Shown: positions 13,101 through 23,400 of the stretch, in pieces
Layout: each line of letters starts with the position of its first letter
How positions within the stretch are numbered: the stretch's first letter is position 1
Virus record (IMG/VR): IMGVR_UViG_3300030708_003228
Location: 1 to 42,757 of that record
From: a virus
Lineage: Duplodnaviria > Caudoviricetes
Strand: one strand, 5' to 3'
DNA length: 42,757 nucleotides
Notes under the pieces: model-generated
The model's input: the letters and a program-made list of their open reading frames with translations, nothing else
What the model was told of the DNA's origin: nothing
The model's database searches: none
Translations under genes and position numbers: made by a program

Positions 13101-15763
13101 TCATTAATATTGGACTGGGTACGGCATACTCAAATATGACCTATACGGGTGGTACAGGTTCTGGATTTAAGGCAACTGTCGTTGTTGGATCTGGTGGTAG
13201 TATTGTTGATTTTAATATTACTGATGCAGGTATTGGATATAAAAATGGAGAAGTTCTCACAGTGACAGGTATTCCCACCGCTAGTGGTGGATATAGTGAC
13301 CATACAGTTACTGTAAATTCTATAACTAATGATAAGTTTGGTGGATTCTCCTTCGGACAATTAATCGAACTAGATGATTTTTCCGAACAATTTAATGGAT
13401 CTAGAAAAACGTTTACTCTTACACAGACAGTTACTGCTAAAGAGGTTATCAATATTAACAGTGATGATACTTCAGTTATTGTTGCAAACAATTTACTTAT
13501 CTTCTTAAATGATGTCCTGCAACAACCTGGCCAATCTTATGAGTTTAATGGAGGAACACAAATTACGTTTACTGAGGCACCAAAAGCCGGCAGTAAAATG
13601 CAGATTCTTTTCTTCAGAGGAGGAAACGATGATGTTGATGACGGAAATCCATTTGCAACTGTTAAAGTTGGTGATTTCTTACAATTACAAAGACAAGGAA
13701 ACTCTCTGGAACAAAAACGGAGAAGAGTAACCGAAATTACTGGAGTTAAGAAAACAGAAACAGTTCTCTATAATGGTGTAGGAATCAATAATGATCCTGC
13801 TTTTGAAAGAATGGTTTCTTGGACAAAACAAACTAAAGATTTGATTCTTAACAATCAAGCATTGACAAAAGCTAGATCTAATTTAGCTGCAAATATCTTC
13901 CCAGTAGCTCACATTACTCAAAATGTCGGTGTAAACTCCCAGGAAATTTATGTTGATAATGCATTCCCATTCTTTAGTGCATATGATAATAGATCAACTC
14001 CAAATGAAGTCCCTGGAGATGGTATTGAACTTGTAAAGGCCAATATTGTCAACAGAGCTGATGCAGTTGCAACTGTTTCTGCAGGAGGAACTGTTGGTAT
14101 TCCTACCATTACTGATCCTGGTTCTGGTTATGAAACTGTCCCCACAGTTTCTTTTGCTTCTACCGTACCACAAATTAAAGAGATTGGTAAAACCTGGACA
14201 ATACGTTCCTCCTATACCGACGTTGAGTATCAAGGAGTTACTAGAAACATTTATGGTGTATTTGTTGCTGTTGGCAGTACCACAGGAATTAATACTTCTA
14301 CGGATGGACAAACTTGGAATGATAGTGGAAACAGTTTAGTTATTGGTAATCTTAATGCTGTTGCAGGCATGAACACACATACAGTTGTTGTTGGTGCTTC
14401 TGGTACAGTTGGATATTCCACGGATGGAAATAACTATCAAGCTTCTAAACTTCTTAGAAGAAGAAATGTATTCCCATTAACATTCTTTGATGACATTACA
14501 GTTTCTCAAGATTTTAATGATGTAACATTTGGTCAAACAAAAGGTGTTGCTGTTGGTGCTGGTGGAACGATTGCTTTTACTGTTGCAGGTAAAGCTGGAT
14601 TTGGTACTGCTTTTGAAGTTACTCAAAAATTCTCAAGTGCGAACTTGAATGGTGTTGGTTCAAATGGAGATACATTTGTCGCTGTTGGTGATAATGGAAC
14701 GATTCTTAGATCTAACAACGGTGAATCTTGGTCTGGTGTTACCACAACTTCTATTACAACCAAATTAAATCATGCTCACTATGGTGGAGGTCAGTGGATT
14801 GTAGTTGGTGCTGCTGGATCTGTACTTCGATCCTCAGATAATGGTATAAATTGGACCGTTGTTTCCGCTGGTGCTACATTTGACTTGAATAGAGTTGGTT
14901 ATGCAAATAGTGTTTGGGTGGCCATCGGTCAAAGTGGAATGGTCTTGAATTCTGTTGATACAAACAATTGGTACAAAAAATACGTTGGAGTCGGTACAGA
15001 CTTTAATGGATTAGCCTTTGGTGATAACAAATTTGTCGCTGTTGGTCTCTCTTCTTCAATTTATTCTTCAGAGTTTGCAAAAGTTTCTGCTGCTGGCACT
15101 GCAACAGTTTCTGCCGCAGGAACAATCACTGCTATTACAATCACTGAAGCTGGATTTGGTTATAATCCAGATTCTCCTGTTGAAGTTCTCATTGATACTG
15201 AACCAGTGACAAGAGAACGTATAGTTAGTGTAGAGGTTGAGGGTGATTATGGTGATGTCATCAGTGTTGCGTCCTCTGCAACTGGTATCAATACCACAAG
15301 TCCAATGTTGATATTTGAACTTGATTCTGATGCGTTCTTGGATCAACCTGCATTTGGAGACATTGTTAGAAGTGGAATCGACTCTGGTAAGTATTTCGTA
15401 ATCAACAACTCTGTCACAGGAGCTCCAACTACATCTATCACTGTTGGTAATGAACCAATTGGTGTTGGAACTACTTTCCTCGACAATGTTTATCTTGTTG
15501 CACAGAAAGACCAGTCTTCTTCTGGTATTGTTACAGTATTCTGTAATGTGCAGGGTATAACTGGTATTGGAACTACCGACTTTGCTCCAAGAATTGGTAA
15601 ATACAGTTGGGGTAGACTTTATAATTTCCAAAGAGATAGATTAAATCCAAAATCATTCTCTGCTCAAACAAACAATGGTTCTGTTGGAATTTCAACAGGA
15701 GCCTCCGTTGTCAGAATCAAGTCAATGTCTGAAAATTACAGTGACTTTGATGAGACAACATAA
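4121..15763 (+). CDS. gp7: Giant baseplate wedge initiator, gp7-like (3880 aa), with repeated beta modules, a YHYH-like segment and a C-terminal beta-propeller-like region
   Basis: Lies between gp6 and gp8. N-terminal QLPSFVQEENPLFVDFLKTYY and SKGT...ILFRALF; IQDSDYYQQFSYSLKS...IIHPTG motif typical of cyanophage gp7. Confidence 0.85.
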   Translation: MIDTSLQKIKINQVIHSQLPSFVQEENPLFVDFLKTYYLGQEYRGGNIDIVQNLNQYQKVETFSGNENLIGLTTCTSEVNFFDDTINVISTDGWPDKYGLLKIDNEIITYTGKTPTSFTGCIRGFSGVETLHKSSEPEKLVFSESTALDHKDETEVINLSNLFLQEFWKKTKELFIPGFEERKLSNEVDKANFLRQAKDLFSSKGTDDAVRILFRALFAKTVEVIKPIDYLFAPSDGDYVVSNDIVVELISGDPSKVIGQTLRQTGNDFSSAAIFNIIKNTKNGRDYYIISLGKVSQKGTFDITGGTSLTNNVAIGDTVLTVDSTLGFPESGTFFVGAGTTVGIATYSKKSSTQFLDVIGISSAFPAGQFVRASNTVFAYEDGDITKPVIFRMTAVAKTSPLTNASFLYPGDILKAKIIGNYSLANDYRLNTWIHNVKTTSNVAKDVNTNTSNIDIVTNTINTIDPHLLKLGDPVTLLDVSAGIGQDVVGTVSAVISANAFQMTITTGTLNVNRDYKVQSNTVFADANDTNIKVNNFVANIQNTYKDKDEKNVYVTSGSLPAYEIYATTNTKTFVPGDITDSVININSHGFFTGDLVKYRPVSVGGTVITGLATDANYAVTKVDENNIRLSQSISDASVKRYLTLTGAGTTHQITPSDLFGEQLSHQNFLRKFPIYPSLNESKKDFKNETIGMFRNGVEIVSNQSGDAVYYGIVKNLEVTNGGSEYDVLFPPNINISDSVGTGATAYSIVENGKFKAIEVISGGYDIKNNPQITITGGNGSGATAVARLKETFTERTFNPDTGVDPSADTVTFIDRHLFENGESVYYKKAEGFAAVGGLVDNSLYYLHVLSDFKIQFMTTFDDAVSGTNPIDLTSKSAGTNSLKSTKVRKVVNSIVITNEGSGYSNRKTLVNNASYPPSDFTTEGEINSGISTANSFVFFKQHGFNDGDEVEYRSDGPISGLSTTQNYYVLKLDEDRFRVAAAGIGSTITRQNYNKRDYVKFKNEGTAQHTFKYSDIHVEIETISGVANTAYSRPSLRAKCVGNIVQCPITSTGSGYGSTDTINIHRRPSVEVSNGARGLIDVVVQNGQIARAFVKDGGGGYATPPEIIVRGDGKYAKLVATVTDGVITNISIVDPGKGYSPEKTTVVVQTSGSGAKIVANLRKWNIDFLTKNRPNINENDDGIILPSQNETFGLKYAHAYASRVLRRVLDDNIESDFSEKATVNHSPILGWAYDGSPIYGPYGYGTVGGGAVRRMVPSYTQISRGNRPPVSIFPLGSFVDDYAYTADGDLDEFNGRFCKTPEFPDGVYAYFCTIQATNSSQSPFVNTREPAFPYVLNGFKYKKDEFNENPGSLQSLDILNSGDLVRNTFYYKFGASNSNYDYLTTNQIDDTELIVRSTELTGINTVTVILPGLNYNVGDRVSFNNDNSGGKGATAKIKTLVGMGLSTVEYSTKQVENISFQYSNSTITGIATTSHGFNDKDIVVISGISTGELKFAEGPAVISVSSVTAKLQETLELPSTTGITTNIRLDVSASEGSIEVDDTIGIGTERLTVLSVDTGFNLYRVRRQAGFGNTHFQGAVVHVDQRRFTYPVGVKTDEITKPNRKIVFNPQSTIGFGTTGVVLTITGIGTTVVTRVQATDKTILNDHELPPEGSTADNAISITNHGFVTGQKLIYNAGPTGAAVTVSNSVDLSNEFQLTSGQFVYAVKKSNDLLGISTTIAGIGTTTTSLYFKVIGEGTEHFFKETNKGYLGTADRFDVSVRTVKPHTLKTGDSVKLDLKPNTRIVKTIEYDTLSRKTLVDGYYVSAGSTSIGVGVTNSLITITNHGFSDGDKILYESGSSEITPLSDRGEYFVQKINDNQFRLSTNYSDATKFGGSYVGITSFGGGVHKISRINPHLVVTRGQTVGFAVSDGSMQDLKLEFFEDENFVTRYDGVGISTEITREGTPGVAGATVDLELTDNVPSPLYYKLSPITLDTIEVSKRDALPDRTVNAGSKIIIQDSVYAGTFSISTSTSDVFSYQTNKKPERTLYTSTSGVSTFRYITDSPNAFGGINEINVNFAGLSYLRNPGVSTIFTTVGENGLLRLYDDSVGKIGQSEMLRIGFEYPSDKTIQPTVDLPVVVTVSNNFILGRVGVVTAGRNYVSPPDLFVPSRPEVQLSCELSGTSIGQVTVDVVGRGFNEVPNPPRIIPVRNSNGIGIVSTSSNGLTNFITLTQPTNGWKADGSDFPFSVGDNIFVEGVGTAQSTFSSRGGYNSENYDFALFTVKTRDPSNSQITYSIAGLGSTGGTFDPDTSAGRVIGQSDLPTFSALLQPEPFFFGEPVTYGANGRAFVLDNEGYNPVTNTLRLRSLTTPLKDGDVIKGRLSGAEGTVRNVATFEDFFITDFFAERPKGFQRDTGKLNDDFQKIQDSDYYQQFSYSLKSEIPYEDWKSSVDSIIHPTGYKNFSDLVITSESSAGVGRSQDLKTKELQADTGLLINIDNVKSMFTTDDFDIGGEEVLPNGLSRFITVKNRKIAPFINIKTNKVDLLDDISPQFTGIGTTTSSLVVGLSSFVLTSNSEQVFTRPFNPNDTGVISVGSSVFRINNHNFQTGERIKYDPGSDVYGTNRIDISTTNVVLGGVSTDKMPAELFAIKLNNNQFSVAGLKTAAELGEAISFQGAGSGTNHSFNVLRPDDRVLIEIDEIIQTPLFKRNISVVLDEAVGVASTTIKLTGITSITSNDLINIDNEILEVKTVGFGSTNVLKVQRGVLGSVAAAHTVGAACTMRGGNYHIVKDVIHFVTPPNGPVAGISTLQPGIGTNSTFQGRIFNRVDPTSNFIFDDISDNFTGVGKTFTLLQDGQDATGIVTTVNGPEVVNNGIILINNIIQRPTVDFNMVERQDPGIGASVIFTGSSRRNLPRGGIVNEVTIGFGTNYQPLVAAAATAIVNGAGAIESVVITGGGSGYRSAPISIEIFNPLGIGSTAVLTATVGSAGTVTGITTVSGGSGYASTTPPIINIGLGTAYSNMTYTGGTGSGFKATVVVGSGGSIVDFNITDAGIGYKNGEVLTVTGIPTASGGYSDHTVTVNSITNDKFGGFSFGQLIELDDFSEQFNGSRKTFTLTQTVTAKEVININSDDTSVIVANNLLIFLNDVLQQPGQSYEFNGGTQITFTEAPKAGSKMQILFFRGGNDDVDDGNPFATVKVGDFLQLQRQGNSLEQKRRRVTEITGVKKTETVLYNGVGINNDPAFERMVSWTKQTKDLILNNQALTKARSNLAANIFPVAHITQNVGVNSQEIYVDNAFPFFSAYDNRSTPNEVPGDGIELVKANIVNRADAVATVSAGGTVGIPTITDPGSGYETVPTVSFASTVPQIKEIGKTWTIRSSYTDVEYQGVTRNIYGVFVAVGSTTGINTSTDGQTWNDSGNSLVIGNLNAVAGMNTHTVVVGASGTVGYSTDGNNYQASKLLRRRNVFPLTFFDDITVSQDFNDVTFGQTKGVAVGAGGTIAFTVAGKAGFGTAFEVTQKFSSANLNGVGSNGDTFVAVGDNGTILRSNNGESWSGVTTTSITTKLNHAHYGGGQWIVVGAAGSVLRSSDNGINWTVVSAGATFDLNRVGYANSVWVAIGQSGMVLNSVDTNNWYKKYVGVGTDFNGLAFGDNKFVAVGLSSSIYSSEFAKVSAAGTATVSAAGTITAITITEAGFGYNPDSPVEVLIDTEPVTRERIVSVEVEGDYGDVISVASSATGINTTSPMLIFELDSDAFLDQPAFGDIVRSGIDSGKYFVINNSVTGAPTTSITVGNEPIGVGTTFLDNVYLVAQKDQSSSGIVTVFCNVQGITGIGTTDFAPRIGKYSWGRLYNFQRDRLNPKSFSAQTNNGSVGISTGASVVRIKSMSENYSDFDETT

Positions 15764-15766
15764 ATA
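15759..15766 (+). promoter_or_regulatory. Late promoter
   Basis: CATAAATA overlapping the gp7 stop, 25 nt before gp8. Confidence 0.7.
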
Positions 15767-15791
15767 AACCTATAGAAAACTCGTAGTAAAA

Positions 15792-17396
15792 ATGCCCGCG
15801 ATTATTTCTGATCAATTCAGGATCCTTAACGCTGCGAATTTTGTCGCTGGTGTTGCGGATACAACCCAATCATATTATACCTTTTTAGGACTACCCAATT
15901 CTGGGGACGTTGGCCTGGGTTATGGTACTACGGATTGGAATACCAATACTCCTGCACCAAAGGATGGTTTTAGGGAGTATAATGATGATTATGACACAAT
16001 GATTGCTCTCAAGAAATTGGGAACAAATGATGTGAAAAGAATGATTAGAAAATACTCATGGGCTGCGGGCACAGTCTATGAGATGTATAAAAACAATTAC
16101 ACTAGAGAAAATCTTTCTCCCCAAACTGCTTCTACTAATCTATATGATGCAAAATATTATGTTGTAAACAGTCAGTTTAAAGTTTACGTTTGTATTAATA
16201 ACGGACAAAATCCAACTAATCCTCTTGGAAAACAGTCTCTTGATGAACCAACTTTCACTGATTTAGAACCAAAAGCCGCCGGAACATCTGGTGATGGTTA
16301 TTTGTGGAAATATCTCTACACTATTTCTCCAAGTGATATTATCAAATTTGATTCGATTGACTACATTCCAGTTCCAAATAATTGGGGAACAGGTGATACC
16401 ACTGATGTAAAAAATGCTTCTGTGGATGGAAAAATTGAAACAGCCCTGATTGTTAATGCTGGTGGTGGTTATCAACCAATTTCTACTACATTTAACAATA
16501 TTCCTATTCTTGGTGATGGCACTGGAGGAAAGGCCTCTATCACGGTTGACGCTCAGGGTAAAGTTAACGATGTAACTATCACTGATGGTGGAGTTGGTTA
16601 TACCAGAGCAAATATTAATTTCTTCCCTGGAGCTCCAGGAGCAGAAACTGGTGGTCCAATTGCAGGCCTCTCTGCTGTTGGTGTTGGAACAACTTCTGTC
16701 GCTAACTTTGAAGTTATCATACCTCCTGTAGGTGGTCATGGAAATGACGTTTATAGAGAACTTGGTGCATTTAGAGTTCTTCTATATTCTAGATTTGAAA
16801 ATGATTTGACTAATCCAGACTTTATCGTTGGAAACGACTTTGCCCGAGTGGGACTGGTTAGAAACCCAACAACACAATCGGGAAGCTTACTTAATCAATC
16901 TAGAGCAAGTGCTCTCGTTGGACTGAAATTAAAATCATTGGTAGGTGGTGATGTTTCTGACACAACATACACTGTAGATACTCCCGTTTATCAAACAATT
17001 GGAATTGGTTCTACTGCTGTAGGATATGTCGCAAGTTGGGATAGCGCTACTGGTGTCTTGAAACTTTATAACCCAGTTGGCCTTGGTTCAACCACATATG
17101 GATTCAGACTTGTAGACTTCACTTCTCAGATTGGCGCTGGTGGTAGTTACGCTGTTGGAGGTCAAAGTGCTGGAGCGGTATTGGGTATCGATACCAGTTT
17201 TGGCACCACCGCAAATCCAGGCACAGCAACTACTGTTGGTAGTGCCCAGGTACAACTTGGTCAAAACTTCGTCGAAGGTGTGGCTGCTCCAGAAATTAAA
17301 AAATATTCTGGAGATATCTTATACATAGATAACAGGGCGGCTATTCAACGTAGTGTCAGCCAGAAAGAAGACATTAAAATCGTTTTAGAGTTCTAA
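15792..17396 (+). CDS. gp8: Baseplate wedge subunit gp8
   Basis: MPAIISDQFRILNAANF, YYVVNSQFKVYVC, DGYLWKYLYTI and C-terminal SGDILYIDNR...QKEDIKIVLEF. Confidence 0.93.
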   Translation: MPAIISDQFRILNAANFVAGVADTTQSYYTFLGLPNSGDVGLGYGTTDWNTNTPAPKDGFREYNDDYDTMIALKKLGTNDVKRMIRKYSWAAGTVYEMYKNNYTRENLSPQTASTNLYDAKYYVVNSQFKVYVCINNGQNPTNPLGKQSLDEPTFTDLEPKAAGTSGDGYLWKYLYTISPSDIIKFDSIDYIPVPNNWGTGDTTDVKNASVDGKIETALIVNAGGGYQPISTTFNNIPILGDGTGGKASITVDAQGKVNDVTITDGGVGYTRANINFFPGAPGAETGGPIAGLSAVGVGTTSVANFEVIIPPVGGHGNDVYRELGAFRVLLYSRFENDLTNPDFIVGNDFARVGLVRNPTTQSGSLLNQSRASALVGLKLKSLVGGDVSDTTYTVDTPVYQTIGIGSTAVGYVASWDSATGVLKLYNPVGLGSTTYGFRLVDFTSQIGAGGSYAVGGQSAGAVLGIDTSFGTTANPGTATTVGSAQVQLGQNFVEGVAAPEIKKYSGDILYIDNRAAIQRSVSQKEDIKIVLEF

Positions 17397-17400
17397 GAAC

Positions 17401-20400
17401 ATGCCACAAGAGACAAACCTCAACGTAAGTCCTTATTTCGACGATTTTAATGAGGACAAAAATTTTAATAGGGTCCTGTTCAAGCCTGCAAGTCCAGTCC
17501 AGGCTAGAGAATTAACACAATTACAAAGTATTCTTCAAGGTCAAATTGAAAAATTTGGCAGACACTTTTTTAAAGAAGGATCTCAAGTAATCCCTGGTCA
17601 AATTGCATATGATAGTCTGTATTACGCTGTAGAAGTTACAGACTCTTTCTTTGGTATAGATGTTGTTGATTATCTTGAAGGTGTAGTTGGTAAAACTATC
17701 AGAGGTGAAAATTCTGGAGTAGAAGCTAAAGTAGTAAATTACGTTACTAAGACAGAATCTAGTAGAGGTACTAATACTCTTTATGTTAAGTATACAAAAT
17801 CTGGTAACGATTTTGTAACTACGTCTTTCCTGGACGGAGAGAACTTAATTGCATCCACTGATATTGAATATGGTAATTCTAGAATCATTGCAAATAACCC
17901 ATTTGCATCTTGTATTCCTGAAAATGCTACATGTATAGCATCTGCGGCTAAAATTGAAGATGGTGTTTACTTCATTAGAGGATTTTTCGTAAGAGTCTTA
18001 GCAGACACAGTAATCCTTGATCAATATACGGATCGACCAAATGCAAGAGTTGGTTTGTTTATTGAAGAAAATCTTGTAACGGCATACGCTGACGAAAGCT
18101 TATTTGATAACGCTGGCGGATTTTCCAACTTTGCTGCTCCTGGTGCGGACAGACTTCAAATCAAAACTACACTGATCAAAAAAGATCTTGATGAATTCAA
18201 TGATGAAAATTTCGTTGAATTGCTCAGAATTGAAAATGGAGTAGTACAAAAACTTATACAAAAAACTGATTATAATCTAATCAGAGATGAGTTAGCTAGA
18301 AGAACTTATGATGAAAGTGGTGATTACTACATCAAACCGTTCCAAGTAACCGTTAAAGAGTCTCTGAACGACAGAGTTGGTAATGGTGGGGTGTATTTTG
18401 AGAATCAACAGACCGCACAAGGCAACACTCCAGGCACAGACTTGATGACAGTCAGTGTCTCTCCAGGTAAGGCTTATGTAAAAGGATATGATATTGAAAA
18501 AATTAGTAATACTCTTATTGATTTAGAAAAACCAAGAACAATCAAAACTATTGAATCTGCAGCGGTGGCTTTTGATAGTGTTTCTAGATTGATTGTTAAT
18601 AATGTCTATGGATCTCCTGCCATCGGTTTTGGTACGACTGCAACTGTTAGCCTTAGAAGTGAGAGAGTAACAACTGGAGGTACAACTCCTGGAATTGAAG
18701 TTGGTGTTGCAAAAGTTTATGATTACAAACTGGAAGCAGCTGCATATGCAAACGATGCCTCTAAGTATGATTTATTCTTATATGATCTTCAAACTTTCAC
18801 TACCCTAACTGTAAGTTCGGATGTAACTCTGACAACACCTGTTCGTGTTGAAGGTGCTAGAAGTGGTGCTACAGCTTTCCTTAAGGATAATGTAAGTTCT
18901 AGTAAAACACTTACATTAACTGATACCTCTGGAACTTTTATTGTAGACGAACCACTCTTTATTAATGGAATTCGTGTAAACTATGTTGTTACTTCTGTAA
19001 GAGAATATAGTTTTGGTGATGTCAAATCATTACAACAACAGGTAGGAGTAAATACATTTACTGCTGACCTTGAACTTTCCTCTAGATTTGCTTTAGCTCC
19101 ACTTGGATCTAACTTTACCATTGGTTCGGCGGGTATTGTAACTGCACCAGGCCAAAGATTTTCTGCAGGAATTAGAACGGGTGATATTGTAACTTACAAC
19201 AGAACTGGATTCTCCGATCCAACTTTCAATAGAGTAAGTGCAATTTCTTCCGATGGATCAACCATCACCATTGTTTCTCTTGGATCTAGTGTAAGTGGTG
19301 TCTGTGATGGTGGCCTAACAACTACAGAAATTCAAACTAGTGATTTTACTCTCTTAAAACCAACAATTATTGGAGCTCAAAGTTCCACATTATTAAGTGA
19401 TTTACCACAACCATATATTTCTAGTGTAGATCTTACAAATGCTACCATTCAAATTAGAAAGCAATATACATTAAACATTGCTTCTAACAGAGGAAGTGTT
19501 ACCATTGAAGATAGGGATTTATTCTTCCAACCCTTTGATGAAGAAAGATATAATCTGGTATATTCTGATGGCACGGTTGAATCCTTGACAAGTGCAAAAG
19601 TTGTTTTTAATACGACATTTAAAAACGTATCACTTCGTGGTCTTAGTAAAACCACAGATACAAATGCTGTTTTGGTTGCAACTTTAGAAAAGGTTAATAT
19701 TAAATCAAAGACTAAAAATCTTACAAGATGCAGTAAAACAGTTATTAACAGATCAAAATATGAACATTCTGGATCAACTGGAACTTCATTTAATAATGGC
19801 CTAACATATAACACAGTTTATGGCACCAGGGTTGAAGATGATCAGATTTGTATCAATGTTCCTGATGGCATCAGAGTTCATGCTGTATTTGAATCCTCAA
19901 CCGTAGATGAACCAACTCTTCCACAATTAACTCTGATCAACAGAAGCTCTGATCTCACAGATACCCTTCAGGGAGAAATTATCCTTGGATCTACTAGTGG
20001 TGCTGTGGCTAGAGTTGTTGATTCCACAACTTCGACTGTTGATATTGTTTACGAAAATGAACTGAGATTTACAGTAGAAGAATCTGTTGTTTTTAAGAGT
20101 TCTGGTATTACTGGATCCGTATCAAATGTAGTTATTGGTGATAAAAATATTGTTGATGACTTTACTTTTGATAATGGTCAAAGACCAGAATATTTGGATT
20201 ACTCTAGAATTGTAAGAGATCCTGGAGCAGCCGAACCATCCAGACAACTTGCAATCATCTACGATCATTTCACTGTAGATACTGGTGCTGGTGGAGATTT
20301 AATCACAGTTAATAGTTATCCTCCCGAAACTTATGATAATGATTTACCTTCTCTTGCTAGAACTAATTTAATAACTGATTTTATTGATGTTAGACCCAGA

Positions 20401-23400
20401 GTCAAAAACTATAGCCCATCTTCCGATACAGATTCTCCCTTTGAATATGATTTCAGAGATTTCTCAGCAGAAGGAACTGGTGTACCAAACATTCTTATTC
20501 CAGATGAAACATTAAATCTTGGATATTCATATTATTTGGGAAGAACTGATAAACTTATTCTGAACAAATTAGGCACTTTTGAAATTAAGAGAGGTGCTCC
20601 TTCAGAAAGACCTCTTGCACCTGAAGTTGCTCAAGATGCGTTTACTGTCGCTACTATCTTTAATTTCCCATATGTAAGACAGGCCAACGCAGAAACAAGA
20701 GTCGTCCTTTCTAAACACAAACGGTACACAATGTTTGACATTGCCCGTTTGGAACAGAGAGTTGAGAATATTGAATTCTACAGTCAACTTTCTCTTCTTG
20801 AAACAGATACTGCAAACCTCAATATCAAGGATGCAACTACTGGTTTAGATAGATTCAAGTCTGGATTCTTTGTAGATAACTTTAGATCTCATACTTCACA
20901 TAATATTGCATCTCCTATATTCAGATCATCTATTGAAAAATCTAAGGGTTATTTAAGACCACTTCACTATACAACAGCGATTGATCTTCTTCTGGGATCC
21001 GAACAAGTTGTTGGCATTGGCACTACTGCAAATCCAAATGCAGACCTCACGCAAGTTTCGGATCTGCAATCCAATTCTCTTAGAAAAACTGGAGACTTGG
21101 TTACATTAGATTACACTGAAAATGCTTTTGTAAGACAAAACTTTGCAACCAAAACTGAAAATGTTAACCCATTTGCAATCATTAGTTGGGGTGGTGGAGT
21201 TCAATTGAATCCAGCATCTGATGTTTGGGTTGATGAAAGAAATCTTGCTGTCAACAATGTAGAGATTGAAGGATCTTTCGATGCCTTCATGACTTCTTTG
21301 AATGTAGATCCTAACACTGGATTGGCTCCTATTGATTGGGGTGCATGGGAAGAAGAGTGGAGAACTCTTGAAACTACCGAAAGAGAAATTTCAAGAGAAA
21401 GAACTAATGTCACTACTGTTAGTGACTCTGGATGGAGAGGTGGTTGGGGTTGGCAAAACCGCAGTCTCTTGATGAGAGATACGTTCCAGACAGAAAGATT
21501 ACAAACAATTAATATTCAAACGGGTCTTACCAGAAGTGGGGTCCAACTTGAAGTTAATGAGAGAATTGATACTGAAAGTCTTGGAACTAGACTTGTAAAT
21601 AATGAAATTGTTCCTTTCATTAGATCTAGAAACGTTGAGTTTGTAGCCACTAGAATCAAACCAAGAACACAGTTCTATACTTTCTTTGATGGTGTAGATG
21701 TAACCTCGTTTACTACACCAAAATTACTTGAAATCACCATGCAACAGGGTGTTTTCCAAGTTGGAGAAACTGTAGTAGGAACCACTCCTGGTGATAATGT
21801 TGTTGCTGGAGGAACTGGACCAGAAATCACATTCCGTGTTGCAGCTGCTAACCACAAACTCGGCGCATATGATGACCCCACAACAATCTATGATGTAAAC
21901 CCATATTCTGACGCTGTTGGAATTAGTTCCGTTTATTCGGCAACAAGTTCTATTCTTAACGTTGATACAGCTTCTCTTCAACTTCAAGTTCTGGGAGATT
22001 TTAGAGGATTTGCTGCTAAGGGAATGAGACTTATTGGTCAGACAAGTGGCGCAGAGGCCACCATCAATGATTTAAGACTCATTACGGATGAAAAGGGTAC
22101 TTTAATTGGATCTTATTTCATTCCAGATATTAATACTTCTGTTACTGCTCCTTCTTTTGAGACTGGTACAAGAAGTTTCAGAGTCACAAGTTCTCCTGTG
22201 AACTCTCTCAGTCCTGCTGATAATCCATCTTCCGCAGAGTCCTTATATCGTGCAGAAGGAACAATTAATACCTTCCAGGAGGATGTAATTAATGTTCGTA
22301 ATGCAGATATTCAAAGAGAAACCTTTACTGATGATACGGTAAGAGACTCTACTATTCAACGTGTTGTTGATGTAACCGTAGAAGAACTCCGTGATGTAAA
22401 CCTGAGAAGATTTGTTAGCCCACCACCTCCACCACCACCAAGAAGATGGGGTGATCCATTGGCACAGTCCTTTGAAATTCCAGAGGAGAATGGTGCATTT
22501 ATTACGTCTGTTGACATCTTCTTTAGTACAAGAGATGCAAACATTCCTGTAACATGTCAAATCAGAACAATGAAAACTGGTTTGCCTACCAGTACAGTTG
22601 TACCATTTGGTGAAGTTACTCTTGAACCAGCAGAAATTAATCTGTCAACTGACGGTACTGTTCCAACAAGATTTACTTTCCCATCACCAGTTTTCTTGGC
22701 AGGTGTTGAAGAATATGCAATTGTCCTGATCTCAAACTCGAATGATTACAACGTATTCATTGCAGAGATGGAACAAGAGGATCTAACAACTGCCTCTTTA
22801 CCTGAGAGTGAGAGAACCATTGTATCCCAACAACCATACATGGGATCTCTGTTTAAGTCTCAGAACGGTTCTACATGGACACCTTCTCAGTTTGAGGACA
22901 TGAAATTCACCCTTTATAAGGCTGATTTCACCTTGGTTCCAGGAACACTCAAGTTGTATAATCCTGAACTGGGTGTAGGTGTTCAAAACAATCCAAGATT
23001 GAGGAGAAATGCTTTTGAATTCTTGACTCAAGAAATTGTTGTTGGCCTTGGTTCTACTGTTATCACTAGAGATTTCAGTATTGGAAGCAGAATGACTCAG
23101 GTTGGAAATCAAACTGCTGAAGGAAACGTAACTAAGAGTCTTGGTGCTATTAAGATCAATACTTCTGCCACAGAGGCAGGTGGTATTACCACAAATACTG
23201 TTGGAACTGGTCTGACTCCAGCAGCATCAAATCTGACCTATACTGGAATTGCACTTACAACAATTACTGGTAATGGATCTGGTGCTACTGCAAATATTCA
23301 AGTTACATCTGGTTCTGTTGGAGTTGTAACTGTAGTTTCTGGTGGTTCTGGTTATGCTGAAGGTGATGTTCTTGGTTGTGATTTAGGTGAAACTGGAAGA

